A stretch of 42,142 nt of DNA from Polaribacter sp. GTDB lineage: Bacteria > Bacteroidota > Bacteroidia > Flavobacteriales > Flavobacteriaceae. The stretch lies in contig JAQXAP010000109.1 in NCBI GenBank assembly GCA_029252865.1, positions 1 to 42,142 on the forward strand, written 5' to 3'. Below the pieces are notes generated by a model. The model saw only the letters and a program-made list of their open reading frames with translations, ran no database searches and was not told where the DNA came from. Made by a program: the position numbers and the translations under genes. Of the stretch, positions 9,915 through 20,876 are shown in pieces (the first letter of the stretch is position 1; each line of letters begins with the position of its first letter).

Positions 9915-12900
9915 TTAAGGAAGAGTTTTATTAAATTGTGAAGGGTTCACACCAAATTGTTTAACGAAGCATTTCCTAAAATATTTAGGATCATTAAAAC
10001 CTACAGTATAAGCAATACCAGAAATCGTATCCTCATTATCTGCTATCATTTGGGCCGCTTTTTTTAATCTTATAGATCTGATAAAAACAGTAATATTTAA
10101 ACCTGTAATACTTTTAACCTTCCTGTAAAGTGTTGAAGGACTTAAAGCCATACTCGAGGCAAGAAATTCTCTATTAAGTTCATTATTTGTTAAGTTACTT
10201 TCAACCAATTTCATGAGTCTTTTAAGAAATTTCTCATCTAAGGAAGGTATTTGATCTTCAGTTTTAGACAAGCTGATTGTCTTATTAAAATACTCTCTCA
10301 AATATTTCCTACTATTCAACAAACTTTCAACTTGAGACTGAAGGACCTTGGGGCTAAAAGGCTTTGTCACAAATATATCTACACCAGAATCATAACCTTC
10401 TTCTTCAACTAAAGCAGCCGTGCGTGCCGTTAGCATAATTAAAGGAATGTGCAAAGTAGATTCCTGAGATCTAAGGGTTTTGCAAAAACTAAGACCATCC
10501 ATCTCAGGCATCATTAAATCACTAATAATCAAATCTGGTGGTGTTTTTGAAATCACTTTTAAAGCATCTCTACCATTAACAGCCTCGATAACATTGTAAT
10601 CAGAACTAAAAACAGCCTTTACAAAAGTTCTTATTTCAAGGTTATCCTCTACTATTAACAAAGTTAACAATCCTTCTGAACTCTTTTTAGGAGGATCAAT
10701 TAACTCAGAATTAATAGGCAATCGAGTTATTTGGTAATGACTAGAGTCCTCTGCCTTTTTAAAATCTTTGATAAATTGCTCTTTTGAAAAGTGATCTGCT
10801 CCAAGAGGTATCTTTACCATAAACACACTCCCTTTTCCTTTTTCACTAGAGACCTCAATTGAACCATGATGCAACTCAACAATATCTTTTGTTAAAGCTA
10901 ATCCTATTCCAGTTCCAATTAAATTAATAGACTCAATATTAGCTAACTGATAAAACCTATCAAAAACTCGTTCCATAACTTCTTTACTCATTCCTGTGCC
11001 GTTATCAATGACCTCTATTTGACAATACGAGGTAAAATCTGAATGATTAGAGGAGTGATCGATTGATTCTCGATCCAAAGAAATACGCAATTGAATGTGG
11101 TTATTTGTATATTTAAAAGCATTTGAAAGTAAGTTAAACAGCACGACTTCCATTTTACTACTATCAAAAACTAAAGGAATCTCAGCCTCTTTCATGATTA
11201 GCTCAAAGGAAATACCCTTAGTTTCTGCTAAATCTTTAAACGATATAAAGATTTCATTTACAAATTTTGAGAAATCATTATTAACCACTTGAAGTGTCAT
11301 TTTACCGCTTTCAGACTTTCTAAAATCAAGTAGCTGACCTACAAGACCGCTTAATCGTTTTGTATGGTAGTGAATAGTATTTAGATAACTCTTTTTTTGA
11401 TCTTCATTAACTCCATCTTCGATTAGGGTTTCTAAAGGGCCTGAAATTAAAGAGAGAGGTGTTCGTATTTCATGAGCTACATTTGTAAAAAATCGTGTTT
11501 TCATATCAGCCATTTCCTCATCCCTTTTCCGGTTTATCTTTGCCAAATTGAGTTTATGCCTTAATTCATGTTGCTTATTAATAAAGTACCTGTACAATAA
11601 TAGTAAACCCGCAAAAAGAAAAACATAAAATACTATAGCTGGCCAAGTTCTCCATAGGGGAGGCAAAACCTCAATTTTCAAACTAGTTACATCATTATTG
11701 GACGCATAACTATCTGAGGCTACTTTTACCTTGAACTCGTAACTCCCCGGCCTCAGTTTGGAATAGGTTATATTTCTCTGTGAAGTTACAGTATTCCAAT
11801 CGGTATCTAAACCCTCCATTTTATAAGTGTAACTGTAACGAGATGCTGAACGATAATCTATAGCAGCAAAGGCAATAGAAAAAATATTTTCAGTGCTTTT
11901 TAAAGTTATATGGTCACTGTATTCAATAGACTTATTTAAAATTTTCCGATTACTGAACTTTTCAATTGATGTTACTTCCTGACCACTAACTTTAAATTCA
12001 GTCAAAACCACCTTTGGAACTGTTGTAGTTGTAATAGAATCAGGAAAAAAACTATTGATGCCTTTTATTCCTCCAAAATACATTTTACCTTGAGAGTCTT
12101 TATAAGCAGCATTTTCCATAAAATTATTAGACTGTAAACCGTCATTTACATCATAATTATAAAAAGTTTCCTTTTTAACATTAAATTTAGAAATACCCTT
12201 ATTAGTGCTTATCCATAAATTACCTTTATCATCTTCTAATATGGAGTGTATATAATTATTTGGCAGTCCGTCTCTAACCTGATAAACTTTAAATTTAAGC
12301 TGGCCATCTGTTTGTGGCTGAATCTTATTGAGACCATTTGGGGTACCTACCCAAAGATTACCTTTGTTGTCTTCATGTATTGAAATTACTATATTACTAC
12401 TAAGCGTAGCAATAGCACCTGGGTCTTTGGTGTACCTAGTGTAACTATCTAAATTAGGTATATACTTAACCAAACCATTATATGTACCAATCCATAAATT
12501 CTTATTCTTATCTTCTACAAATGCGCTAATCCTGTCATTACGCAAAGTAGTTTTAAAGGTTTGATTAAAAGGGTTTCCACTAGCTATCGACTTCTTCACC
12601 CCATATTGCTGGGTACCAATCCAAAAAACACCATCGCTAGTCTGAAATAGTGCGGTAAGCTTATTTAAACCCCAAATCTTATTATTTTTTTGATTTCTAA
12701 TATTAACTTGTTTCAGAGACCTATTTTTTTTATTAAAATGATACAAATAGGCATTATCTCCTAACCATATATTAGCGCTATTATCTTGATATAAAGCTCT
12801 AATCTCCAACTTACCATTTCGCCTTTTTTTACCATTAATTATTGGCATCTTCAATATTTCGAAAGTGTTATTTTTTTCTGAATAATAAAGATTATCATCC

Positions 12901-14051
12901 CCCTTAACACCCACATAAAACCCTCCGCTATTATCTTCTGTGATAAACCGAATAGGTTCGCTCGGCAAGTCATTATCAGTAAGATTACCTTTTAAAAACG
13001 TAAATTGATTTGAACTGTTATCTACTTTTACAACACCTCCACCATCGGTTCCAAACCATAATAACCCAGAATTATCCTGAAAAATCGAAATAACATCTTT
13101 ATATAACTCTGTTCCTTTATTTTTTTCGTTTGGTGTCAAATCAAACTTAGAGAAGGCTTCTGTTTTAATATCAAATTTGTAAAGACCGTATCCCCAAGTA
13201 CCGATCCATAAATTTCTCTGATCATCTAAATACACCGAATAAGCATTGTCTGTCAAATTACTAGATGATTCACTATCCCTGATAGATAGCCTTCTAAAAA
13301 CATCGGTTGATGTATCTAACACAATTAAACCTTTATCCCAAGTAACAAAATAAAAAATACCCGTTAACACGTCTTCTTGAAGAGAACTTGTATTACCTAT
13401 TTTATAGTGCTTGATAAAAGCTCCATTTAAATCAAATTTAATAGCTCCTCTCGAAGTAGCCGCCCAAATAAAACCATTTGTAGATTTATGCAGATTATAT
13501 ATTAAAGGACTATCAAAGATCTGCTTTACTTTCCCACTTTCTTTATTGTAAATAAAAAGTCCTTTCTGGTAAGTGCCAAACCAAATATTACCATCAGTGC
13601 CTTCGCATATGCTAAGAACGCGTAAATCATCATCTATAGTAGGTGCTACAGAGTAACTTCTAACATTCTCAAAACTCCCTAGCTCTGGGGTATACTTTGA
13701 AATACCATTTGATTTTGTTCCTATCCAAATAATTCCCTCGCTATCTTCAAACAGAGTTTCAATAGAATTATTTATTAAACTGTTAAAATTTCCTATTTCA
13801 TTCTGAAACTCCTTAAAGCTAGTTCCATCATATCTATTTAAACCTGCTCGAGTTCCAATCCAAACAAAGCCCTTCTGATCTTGAATTATCGAAGTTATTT
13901 CATTTTGAGACAACCCATCATCGGAGGTTAAGTATTGAATATTAGAAAAATAATTAATTTGCTGTCCGAAGGATTGAATGACACAAAAAGTTAAAAATAT
14001 AAAATTGATAATTACTTTTTGAAAAAAATGACCAATATAGCTATGTTTCAT
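9915..14051 (-). CDS. Hybrid two-component system regulator (propeller sensor, Y_Y_Y, HisKA, HATPase, receiver, AraC HTH)
   Basis: Repeated D..G.LW.GT propeller units, PPLWRTW + TM helix, HEIRTPL, NLLSNAFKY, GTGIGL, receiver VEDN/SDLMMP/KPF, AraC VGFNDPKYF. ATG 14051 preferred over TTG 14069. Confidence 0.96.
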   Translation of the reverse strand: MKHSYIGHFFQKVIINFIFLTFCVIQSFGQQINYFSNIQYLTSDDGLSQNEITSIIQDQKGFVWIGTRAGLNRYDGTSFKEFQNEIGNFNSLINNSIETLFEDSEGIIWIGTKSNGISKYTPELGSFENVRSYSVAPTIDDDLRVLSICEGTDGNIWFGTYQKGLFIYNKESGKVKQIFDSPLIYNLHKSTNGFIWAATSRGAIKFDLNGAFIKHYKIGNTSSLQEDVLTGIFYFVTWDKGLIVLDTSTDVFRRLSIRDSESSSNLTDNAYSVYLDDQRNLWIGTWGYGLYKFDIKTEAFSKFDLTPNEKNKGTELYKDVISIFQDNSGLLWFGTDGGGVVKVDNSSNQFTFLKGNLTDNDLPSEPIRFITEDNSGGFYVGVKGDDNLYYSEKNNTFEILKMPIINGKKRRNGKLEIRALYQDNSANIWLGDNAYLYHFNKKNRSLKQVNIRNQKNNKIWGLNKLTALFQTSDGVFWIGTQQYGVKKSIASGNPFNQTFKTTLRNDRISAFVEDKNKNLWIGTYNGLVKYIPNLDSYTRYTKDPGAIATLSSNIVISIHEDNKGNLWVGTPNGLNKIQPQTDGQLKFKVYQVRDGLPNNYIHSILEDDKGNLWISTNKGISKFNVKKETFYNYDVNDGLQSNNFMENAAYKDSQGKMYFGGIKGINSFFPDSITTTTVPKVVLTEFKVSGQEVTSIEKFSNRKILNKSIEYSDHITLKSTENIFSIAFAAIDYRSASRYSYTYKMEGLDTDWNTVTSQRNITYSKLRPGSYEFKVKVASDSYASNNDVTSLKIEVLPPLWRTWPAIVFYVFLFAGLLLLYRYFINKQHELRHKLNLAKINRKRDEEMADMKTRFFTNVAHEIRTPLSLISGPLETLIEDGVNEDQKKSYLNTIHYHTKRLSGLVGQLLDFRKSESGKMTLQVVNNDFSKFVNEIFISFKDLAETKGISFELIMKEAEIPLVFDSSKMEVVLFNLLSNAFKYTNNHIQLRISLDRESIDHSSNHSDFTSYCQIEVIDNGTGMSKEVMERVFDRFYQLANIESINLIGTGIGLALTKDIVELHHGSIEVSSEKGKGSVFMVKIPLGADHFSKEQFIKDFKKAEDSSHYQITRLPINSELIDPPKKSSEGLLTLLIVEDNLEIRTFVKAVFSSDYNVIEAVNGRDALKVISKTPPDLIISDLMMPEMDGLSFCKTLRSQESTLHIPLIMLTARTAALVEEEGYDSGVDIFVTKPFSPKVLQSQVESLLNSRKYLREYFNKTISLSKTEDQIPSLDEKFLKRLMKLVESNLTNNELNREFLASSMALSPSTLYRKVKSITGLNITVFIRSIRLKKAAQMIADNEDTISGIAYTVGFNDPKYFRKCFVKQFGVNPSQFNKTLP

Positions 14052-14371
14052 TACAAAAATTGTTCTCAATTCTTAGTTTTAAAGATAGGTCCTAATGAAA
14101 AAAATATATGATTATAAAATCCCGTTTAGCTGTAAACCAAACGACAGGTCTACTAAAATTGAACCATTATTTAATCTGCACTAAAGTAAGGCAATAATTG
14201 TAATTTATAAAATATTATTTGAATAAATACTTTTCAGACTTATGAATACGAATTCAAGTATTATCAAAAGCCAGAAAAGTTTCTATCAGAAAAATATTGA
14301 GTAATTGGGTATTATCAAAAAAACATAATTAAAATAGATACTGATAATCTACAAAGTGGGCTTTTTACCAC

Positions 14372-14421
14372 AAAAAAAAATAAAAAACCCCAACTTATTG
14401 GATTTCAATAAGTGAGGTTTT
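14372..14421 (-). terminator. Intrinsic terminator downstream of tRNA-Leu
   Basis: Minus strand AAAACCTCACTTATTG-aaatc-CAATAAGTTGGGGTTTT followed by a long T-run. Confidence 0.7.
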
Positions 14422-14426
14422 ATCTG

Positions 14427-14508
14427 TACAGGCGGAGAGACTCGAACTCTCACACCTTGCGGCACTAGATCCTAAGTCTAGCGTGTCTACCAATTCCACC
14501 ACGCCTGC
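14427..14508 (-). tRNA. tRNA-Leu (anticodon TAG), CCA not encoded
   Basis: Reverse complement GCAGGCGTGGTGGAATTGGTAGACACGCTAGACTTAGGATCTAGTGCCGCAAGGTGTGAGAGTTCGAGTCTCTCCGCCTGTA: acceptor stem, D-loop, CTAGA-CTTAGGA-TCTAG anticodon arm, long variable arm, GTTCGA T-loop. Confidence 0.97.
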
Positions 14509-14530
14509 AACTTCCAATTAAATTGGGATG

Positions 14531-14588
14531 CAAATATAAACAATACTTGCAAACTGCAAAGCAGTTCATAATAATTTTTCTACTTTTG
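14531..14588. promoter_or_regulatory. Divergent Bacteroidota housekeeping promoters (tRNA-Leu / M20 peptidase)
   Basis: Minus-strand TATATTTG at 14531-14538 with TTTG 18 nt upstream; plus-strand TACTTTTG at 14581-14588; both match the TAnnTTTG -7 box. Confidence 0.7.
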
Positions 14589-14609
14589 AGATAGAAAAAA
14601 CAAATTAGA

Positions 14610-15998
14610 ATGAACAATATAAAATCTTACATAAAAAACAACAAACAACGATTTTTAAATGAACTAATCGATTTACTAAAAATACCTTCTGTCAGTGCTG
14701 ATTCTGCTTACAAAAAACAAGTTTTATTAACTGCCGATTTTGTTTTAACTAGTCTAAAAGAAGCAGGTTGCGATAACGTAGAATTGTGTGAAACTCCGGG
14801 ATACCCCATCATTTATGGAGAAAAGATCATAGATAAAAACTTACCAACGGTGCTTGTTTATGGTCATTATGATGTACAACCAGCAGATCCCATAGAATTA
14901 TGGACTTCTCCTCCATTCGAACCTGTAATTAAAAACACAGAAATTCATCCCGAAGGAGCCATTTTTGCAAGAGGTGCTTGCGATGATAAAGGACAAATGT
15001 ACATGCACGTGAAAGCATTAGAATACATGACATCTGCAGGAAATTTACCTTGTAATGTGAAATTTATGATTGAAGGTGAAGAAGAAGTTGGCTCAGAAAG
15101 TTTAGCGTGGTTTGTCCCTAGAAACAAAGAAAAATTAGCGAACGATGTTATTTTAATTTCCGATACAGGAATGATTGCCAACGATATTCCTTCAATTACA
15201 ACAGGTTTACGAGGTTTAAGTTATGTTGAAGTAGAAATTACAGGTCCGAATAGAGATTTACATTCTGGACTTTACGGAGGTGCAGTTGCAAATCCAATTA
15301 ATATCCTAACCAAAATGATTGCTTCTTTACATGATGAAAATAATCATATTACGATTCCTGGTTTCTATGATAATGTAGAGGAGCTATCAACTGAAGAAAG
15401 AACAGAAATGGCGAAAGCCCCATTCTCTTTAGATAAATACAAAAACGCTTTGAACATTGATGAGGTTTTTGGTGAAAAAGGATATTCTACAAACGAACGC
15501 AACTCTATTCGCCCAACTTTAGATGTAAACGGCATTTGGGGAGGTTACATTGGTGAAGGAGCAAAAACAGTAATTGCAAGCAAAGCATTTGCTAAAATCT
15601 CAATGCGTTTAGTTCCAAATCAAGATTGGAGAAACATTACTGAATTATTCAAAAAACATTTCGAGAGTATTGCTCCAAAATCGGTAAAAGTAAAAGTCAC
15701 GCCTCATCATGGAGGCCAAGGTTATGTTACACCAACAAATAATATCGCATATAAAGCGGCGAGTAAAGCGTATGAAACAAGTTTTGGAAAAACCCCAATT
15801 CCACAGAGAAGTGGAGGAAGTATCCCCATTGTTGCCTTGTTTGAGGAAGAATTAAAAAGCAAAACTATTCTAATGGGCTTTGGTTTAGATTCTGATGCAA
15901 TTCACTCTCCTAATGAGCATTTTGGCGTTTGGAATTACTTAAAAGGAATTGAAACTATTCCTTATTTTTATAAGTACTTTACAGAGCTTTCAAAATAG
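14610..15998 (+). CDS. M20 family dipeptidase (ArgE/DapE-like)
   Basis: YGHYDVQP, ARGACDDKGQ, EGEEEVGS and HSPNE metal-binding motifs. Confidence 0.93.
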   Translation: MNNIKSYIKNNKQRFLNELIDLLKIPSVSADSAYKKQVLLTADFVLTSLKEAGCDNVELCETPGYPIIYGEKIIDKNLPTVLVYGHYDVQPADPIELWTSPPFEPVIKNTEIHPEGAIFARGACDDKGQMYMHVKALEYMTSAGNLPCNVKFMIEGEEEVGSESLAWFVPRNKEKLANDVILISDTGMIANDIPSITTGLRGLSYVEVEITGPNRDLHSGLYGGAVANPINILTKMIASLHDENNHITIPGFYDNVEELSTEERTEMAKAPFSLDKYKNALNIDEVFGEKGYSTNERNSIRPTLDVNGIWGGYIGEGAKTVIASKAFAKISMRLVPNQDWRNITELFKKHFESIAPKSVKVKVTPHHGGQGYVTPTNNIAYKAASKAYETSFGKTPIPQRSGGSIPIVALFEEELKSKTILMGFGLDSDAIHSPNEHFGVWNYLKGIETIPYFYKYFTELSK

Positions 15999-16013
15999 AA
16001 AATGACTTTATTT

Positions 16014-16048
16014 AGCTTATCGTACTATAAGCACGGTAAGTTTTTTTT
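16014..16048 (+). terminator. Terminator-like hairpin after M20 peptidase
   Basis: AGCTTATCGT/ACGGTAAGTT stem (two G-U pairs) followed by a T-run. Confidence 0.5.
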
Positions 16049-16070
16049 ACTTCAATTAAAGACAATATTT

Positions 16071-17717
16071 ATGAAATATCGTTGTTACATTTTGTTTTTC
16101 TTGACAATAATTTGTTCTGTAAATTCACTCTCTCAAGAGTTACTTGAGAAAAAAAGCAATTTTACAAGGCAAGATAGTTTAAGAGGTAGCATTACTCAAG
16201 AGAGAATTTGGTGGGATTTAACGTATTATCATTTAGAAATCAAAGTAGATCCAAATAAAAAATATATTTCAGGAAAAAACACCATTAAATACAAGGTTTT
16301 AAGCGCTTATAAAACCATGCAAATTGATTTACAAGCACCTTTAAAAATTACTAAAGTTACGCAAGACGGTAAAGAATTAAAGGTAATTCATGATGGAAAT
16401 GCACATTTTGTAAAATTGATAAAAAATCAACATATAGGAAAAACGGAAACTATAACTGTTCATTATCAGGGAAATCCAAAAGAAGCAATAAGAGCTCCTT
16501 GGGATGGAGGATTCTCGTGGAAAAAAGATAAAAATGGAAATCATTTTGTTGCTACTTCTTGCCAAGGTTTAGGAGCAAGTGTTTGGTGGCCTTGTAAAGA
16601 CCATATGTATGATGAAGTAGAAAGCATGCGAATTAGTGTTAATGTTCCCTCTGATTTAATGGATATTTCAAATGGTAAATTGGAGAGTATTGAAGACCAC
16701 GGAAATACAAAAACTTATAATTGGTATGTGAATAACCCTATAAATAATTATGGGGTAAACGTAAATATTGGCAACTATGCCCATTTCTCTGAGATTTTTG
16801 CTGGTGAAAAAGGTCCTTTAGACATGGATTATTTTGTACTGAAATATAATTTAGAAAAAGCAAAAAAACACTTTAAAGATGCGCCCAAAATGATGAAAGC
16901 TTTTGAACATTGGTTTGGGCCGTATCCTTTTTACAAAGATGGCTATAAACTGGTAGAAGTACCTTATTTAGGTATGGAACATCAGAGTTCTGTTACTTAT
17001 GGGAACAAATATATGCAAGGATATTTGGGGCGCGATTTGTCCGGAACGGGCTGGGGTTTAAAGTTCGATTTTATAATAATTCACGAATCTGGACATGAAT
17101 GGTTTGCGAATAATATTACCAACAAAGATATTGCAGACATGTGGATTCATGAGAGTTTCACCAATTACTCTGAAAGCTTATTTTTAGATTATTACTATGG
17201 TAAAAAAGCAGCATCAGAATATGTAATTGGTTTAAGAGAATCCATAAATAATAAGAGAACTATTATTGGTGAATACCATTTAAATAATGAAGGTTCTGGA
17301 GATATGTACAATAAAGGAGGGAACATGCTTCACACTTTAAGACAGTTAATTGATAATGATGCCAAATGGCGTTCTATTTTAAGGAAAATGAACAAAACAT
17401 TTTATCATCAAACAGTTACAACACAACAAATTGAAAATTTCTTAAGTATCGAAACAGGTTTTAATTTAACGCCTTTTTTTAATCAATATTTAAGAGATAT
17501 TAGAATACCTACACTAGAATATTCTATTAAAAACAAAACTTTAAATTACAGATGGATAAATGTTGTTGATGACTTTAAAATGCCTATTAGAGTTTTAATA
17601 AATAAAGAAGAACGATGGATTTACCCCTCAGAAAAACTGAAGAAAATGGATTTAGAACTTAAAAATTCACAAATAAGAATAGATCCGAATTTTTATATCT
17701 ACACAAAAACGAAATAA
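16071..17717 (+). CDS. M1 family metallo-aminopeptidase, secreted
   Basis: GMEHQ, HESGHEW (HExxH) plus downstream HES glutamate, MYNKG; signal peptide from ATG 16071. Confidence 0.92.
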   Translation: MKYRCYILFFLTIICSVNSLSQELLEKKSNFTRQDSLRGSITQERIWWDLTYYHLEIKVDPNKKYISGKNTIKYKVLSAYKTMQIDLQAPLKITKVTQDGKELKVIHDGNAHFVKLIKNQHIGKTETITVHYQGNPKEAIRAPWDGGFSWKKDKNGNHFVATSCQGLGASVWWPCKDHMYDEVESMRISVNVPSDLMDISNGKLESIEDHGNTKTYNWYVNNPINNYGVNVNIGNYAHFSEIFAGEKGPLDMDYFVLKYNLEKAKKHFKDAPKMMKAFEHWFGPYPFYKDGYKLVEVPYLGMEHQSSVTYGNKYMQGYLGRDLSGTGWGLKFDFIIIHESGHEWFANNITNKDIADMWIHESFTNYSESLFLDYYYGKKAASEYVIGLRESINNKRTIIGEYHLNNEGSGDMYNKGGNMLHTLRQLIDNDAKWRSILRKMNKTFYHQTVTTQQIENFLSIETGFNLTPFFNQYLRDIRIPTLEYSIKNKTLNYRWINVVDDFKMPIRVLINKEERWIYPSEKLKKMDLELKNSQIRIDPNFYIYTKTK

Positions 17718-17739
17718 TAAAAGCAGATAAACAGTAATT

Positions 17740-18369
17740 TTATTCTTTTATTAGATATGCTGTTATAATGTAATCTACTTTTGGGTAATTCTTTCTTAAA
17801 AAAGTATTTCCGTTTTTATTAATTTTCTCTTGTTGCCTGCCAAGCTTATCGCCATAACCACTATAAAATTTCATCACATTCTCTTTCCCCTCAATTACTT
17901 TTGCTAAGACAGGAAAACCAGAAACACCTGAGTAGGTTAATTCATCTAAACGATAATTATCTTTTAAATTGATAAAAATCTGATTCGATCTTGTTTCAAC
18001 TCCTCCTCTTGCGAAGGCAAGTGTCATTGCATCATTTTTTTGAACTACGGGTTCATCTACAATTCCTTTTTGCCAACTTTTATTAATTAAAGAATCATTA
18101 TGAATACCGAATTGAGCAACAAAATCAGGCACTACTCTATAAATAGCAACATCATCATAATATCCATATTTTATTAGCTGATATAATCGATCTACACCTT
18201 TTGGAGACCATTCCCTATTTGCTTCTATATCAAAACTTCCTTGGGTAGTTTCAAACCGTGCTTTAAAAGTTGCCGGCGCTTCTTTCTCTAACCATTTTTC
18301 TTTAAATTTTTTAGTCGCACATGAAGTAAAAAGTACAACGCCTACTAATAACAAAATCTTATTTTTCAT
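17740..18369 (-). CDS. Cyclophilin-type peptidyl-prolyl cis-trans isomerase, lipoprotein
   Basis: Lipobox FTSC; FETTQG, YRVVPDFVAQFG, LAFAR, QIFINL motifs. Confidence 0.88.
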   Translation of the reverse strand: MKNKILLLVGVVLFTSCATKKFKEKWLEKEAPATFKARFETTQGSFDIEANREWSPKGVDRLYQLIKYGYYDDVAIYRVVPDFVAQFGIHNDSLINKSWQKGIVDEPVVQKNDAMTLAFARGGVETRSNQIFINLKDNYRLDELTYSGVSGFPVLAKVIEGKENVMKFYSGYGDKLGRQQEKINKNGNTFLRKNYPKVDYIITAYLIKE

Positions 18370-18467
18370 TTTATTTTGTTCGTTTTATATTTTTAAATAG
18401 CTAAATATATCATAATGATAATTCAAATATGAATTCTATGTCTACACAGTAAAAATTTAAAAAAACA

Positions 18468-19067
18468 CTACTCTTTATCTGGCATTTTCTTCACGAAATC
18501 TGTAATAAGTACAATTTGAGTTGGACCAACTTTACCCTCAATATATTTGGCGTTTTCACGATCTAAAGAAATTCTACGGACTGCTGTACCTTGTTTTGCC
18601 ACCAAACTAGATCCTTTTACCTTTAAATCTTTAATTAAAACAACAGAATCTCCGGCTTGTAATATAGCACCATTCGCATCTCTGTGAATTATCTTTTCGC
18701 TGTCGTCTAAATGATCTCCAGATTCTTTTGCAAAACGTAAATCATCATCATCTAAATACATCATGTCAAGTAAATCTTGAGGCCATCCCTCGTTTCTTAA
18801 ACGAGATAACATTCTCCAAGCAACTACTTTTACAGCTCTTTGTTCACTCCACATAGAATCGTTTAAACAACGCCAGTGATTTGCCTCCGTAGCTTCTGAG
18901 TTATCAATTTGAGCTCTACAAGTTTCACAAGCAAGCAAACTTCCGTCAACTCCACCTCCGCTCGCGGAAGACGTTGGTTTTAATTCGTAAATTGCTAAAT
19001 TATCTTTTGAAGCACATAATTCGCATTGACTTCCACTTCTACCCTCTAAATCTTGTAGTAAACTCAT
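18468..19067 (-). CDS. PhnA/YjdM-domain zinc-ribbon protein
   Basis: CELC...CETC and C-terminal DANGAILQAGDSVVLIKDLKVKG. Confidence 0.88.
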   Translation of the reverse strand: MSLLQDLEGRSGSQCELCASKDNLAIYELKPTSSASGGGVDGSLLACETCRAQIDNSEATEANHWRCLNDSMWSEQRAVKVVAWRMLSRLRNEGWPQDLLDMMYLDDDDLRFAKESGDHLDDSEKIIHRDANGAILQAGDSVVLIKDLKVKGSSLVAKQGTAVRRISLDRENAKYIEGKVGPTQIVLITDFVKKMPDKE

Positions 19068-19202
19068 TATTTTATTTTATTAGAATGGCTAAAGTACCAT
19101 TTTATTTGAAGCTATTTCCTGCTTTCACTACTCGCTTTTTTTCATTCTTCAAAAAGAGCTCAAACAGGCCGTTTAATCAGGGCTATACTAGTTTATCAAC
19201 TT

Positions 19203-20825
19203 TTATTTTATTTCAAGTGAGGTAAATTTAAAAGAAGTTCCGTCAAACAAACCCTTATCAGATAATTTTAAAGATGGAATTACCAACAACGCCATAAAAG
19301 ACAAGCTCATGTAGGGTGCACGTAATTTACTTCCCATTTGTTTTCCCATTTTATCTAATTCAGCATATGATTTACCAATTTCTTCTGCAGATAAATCAGA
19401 CATGATTCCTGCAACTGGCAATGAAACTATTTTCGATCCTAAATCGTTTACAGCACAAACACCTCCCTTATTTTCTATAATTAAATTTACGGCTTTACAA
19501 ATAGCCTCATCAGATACGCCAACTGCAATAATGTTATGTGAATCGTGACCTACAGAGCTTGCAATTGCACCTTCTTTTATTCCGAAATTTTTAATAAATG
19601 CAATTGCAGGTTTTGAGTTTTTATAACGGTTTACAACCGTCATTTTTAAAACATCCGTTGCTGTATCAGAAACTAAATTACCATCAGCAATTAAAGAGGA
19701 TGATTCAATCTGATTTGTTACTAATTCACCATCTAAAGCTTCTATAACTCTAATTTTTTCAACAGAAGACTCAAACCTAAAATCAGTAACTTTCTTTTTA
19801 TCAGTGTCAAAATTATTTAAAATCTCAAAAGGAACAGACTCTATCAAACTATCTCCATTTTTAGCAACTAACTCACCATTTATATAAGTTTCTAAAACAT
19901 TGAATTTATCTAAACTATCTACAACAATAAAGTCTGCATCATCTCCTTTTTGTAATAACCCAACCTCTAAATTATAATGTTTTACAGGGTTTACACAAGC
20001 TACTTGTAATACTTTAAAAACATCAATTCCTTTGGCAACTGCTCTTTCACACAACTGATTTATATGGCCTAATAATAAATCATCTGGATGTTTATCATCA
20101 GAACAAAACATCATGTTTTCAAAATGTTCTGGAAGTAATTCTATTAAAGCTTCAAAGTTTTTAGCAGCAGAACCTTCTCTTATAATCACCTTCATTCCTT
20201 TCTGCAACTTTTCTAAAGCTTCATCAAAAGAAAAACATTCGTGATCTGTAGAAATGCCAGCAGAAATATATGTAGTGACATCTTCTCCTCTTAAACCTGG
20301 CGCATGACCATCGATTGGTTTGTGATTATCTTTTGCGTGTTGAATTTTTTCTAAAACATCAGCATCATCAAATAAAACACCAGGGTAATTCATCATTTCT
20401 GCGAGATATTTAATGTCTGGATTTTCCATCATTCGTTTAATATCATCTGCATCTATAATTGCTCCTGCACTTTCAAAAGATGTTGCAGGCACACAACTTG
20501 GAGCGCCAAAATTGAATTTTAACGGAACCTTCTTTCCGTTTTCAATCATAAACGCTACACCTTTTACACCAAGAACATTGGCAATTTCATGCGGATCAGA
20601 AACAGTAGCAACTGTACCATGTTTTACAGCTATTTTTGCAAATTCTGAAGGAACTAACATGGAACTTTCTATATGGATATGCGCATCTATAAAACCAGGT
20701 AAAATGTAATTTTCTTGATTGTGGTTTGCTTCTTTTACAGAAACAATTTTACCGCTTTTAACTTCAACTTCTCCTTTGAAAATTCGCCTATTCAGTATGT
20801 CAACTACATTTCCTTTTACAACCAT
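19203..20825 (-). CDS. ade: Adenine deaminase
   Basis: [43 protein letters not shown] motifs. Confidence 0.96.
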   Translation of the reverse strand: MVVKGNVVDILNRRIFKGEVEVKSGKIVSVKEANHNQENYILPGFIDAHIHIESSMLVPSEFAKIAVKHGTVATVSDPHEIANVLGVKGVAFMIENGKKVPLKFNFGAPSCVPATSFESAGAIIDADDIKRMMENPDIKYLAEMMNYPGVLFDDADVLEKIQHAKDNHKPIDGHAPGLRGEDVTTYISAGISTDHECFSFDEALEKLQKGMKVIIREGSAAKNFEALIELLPEHFENMMFCSDDKHPDDLLLGHINQLCERAVAKGIDVFKVLQVACVNPVKHYNLEVGLLQKGDDADFIVVDSLDKFNVLETYINGELVAKNGDSLIESVPFEILNNFDTDKKKVTDFRFESSVEKIRVIEALDGELVTNQIESSSLIADGNLVSDTATDVLKMTVVNRYKNSKPAIAFIKNFGIKEGAIASSVGHDSHNIIAVGVSDEAICKAVNLIIENKGGVCAVNDLGSKIVSLPVAGIMSDLSAEEIGKSYAELDKMGKQMGSKLRAPYMSLSFMALLVIPSLKLSDKGLFDGTSFKFTSLEIK

Positions 20826-20876
20826 TCCTTTTTATTTCTTCGACAAATTTACAAAGAATAAGAGGCGTTTAAAAGT

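Noticed and set aside
14258-14320. 12-bp direct repeat GTATTATCAAAA at 14258 and 14309
   Set aside because: Only two copies in very AT-rich DNA; not a CRISPR array and not the tRNA 3' end.
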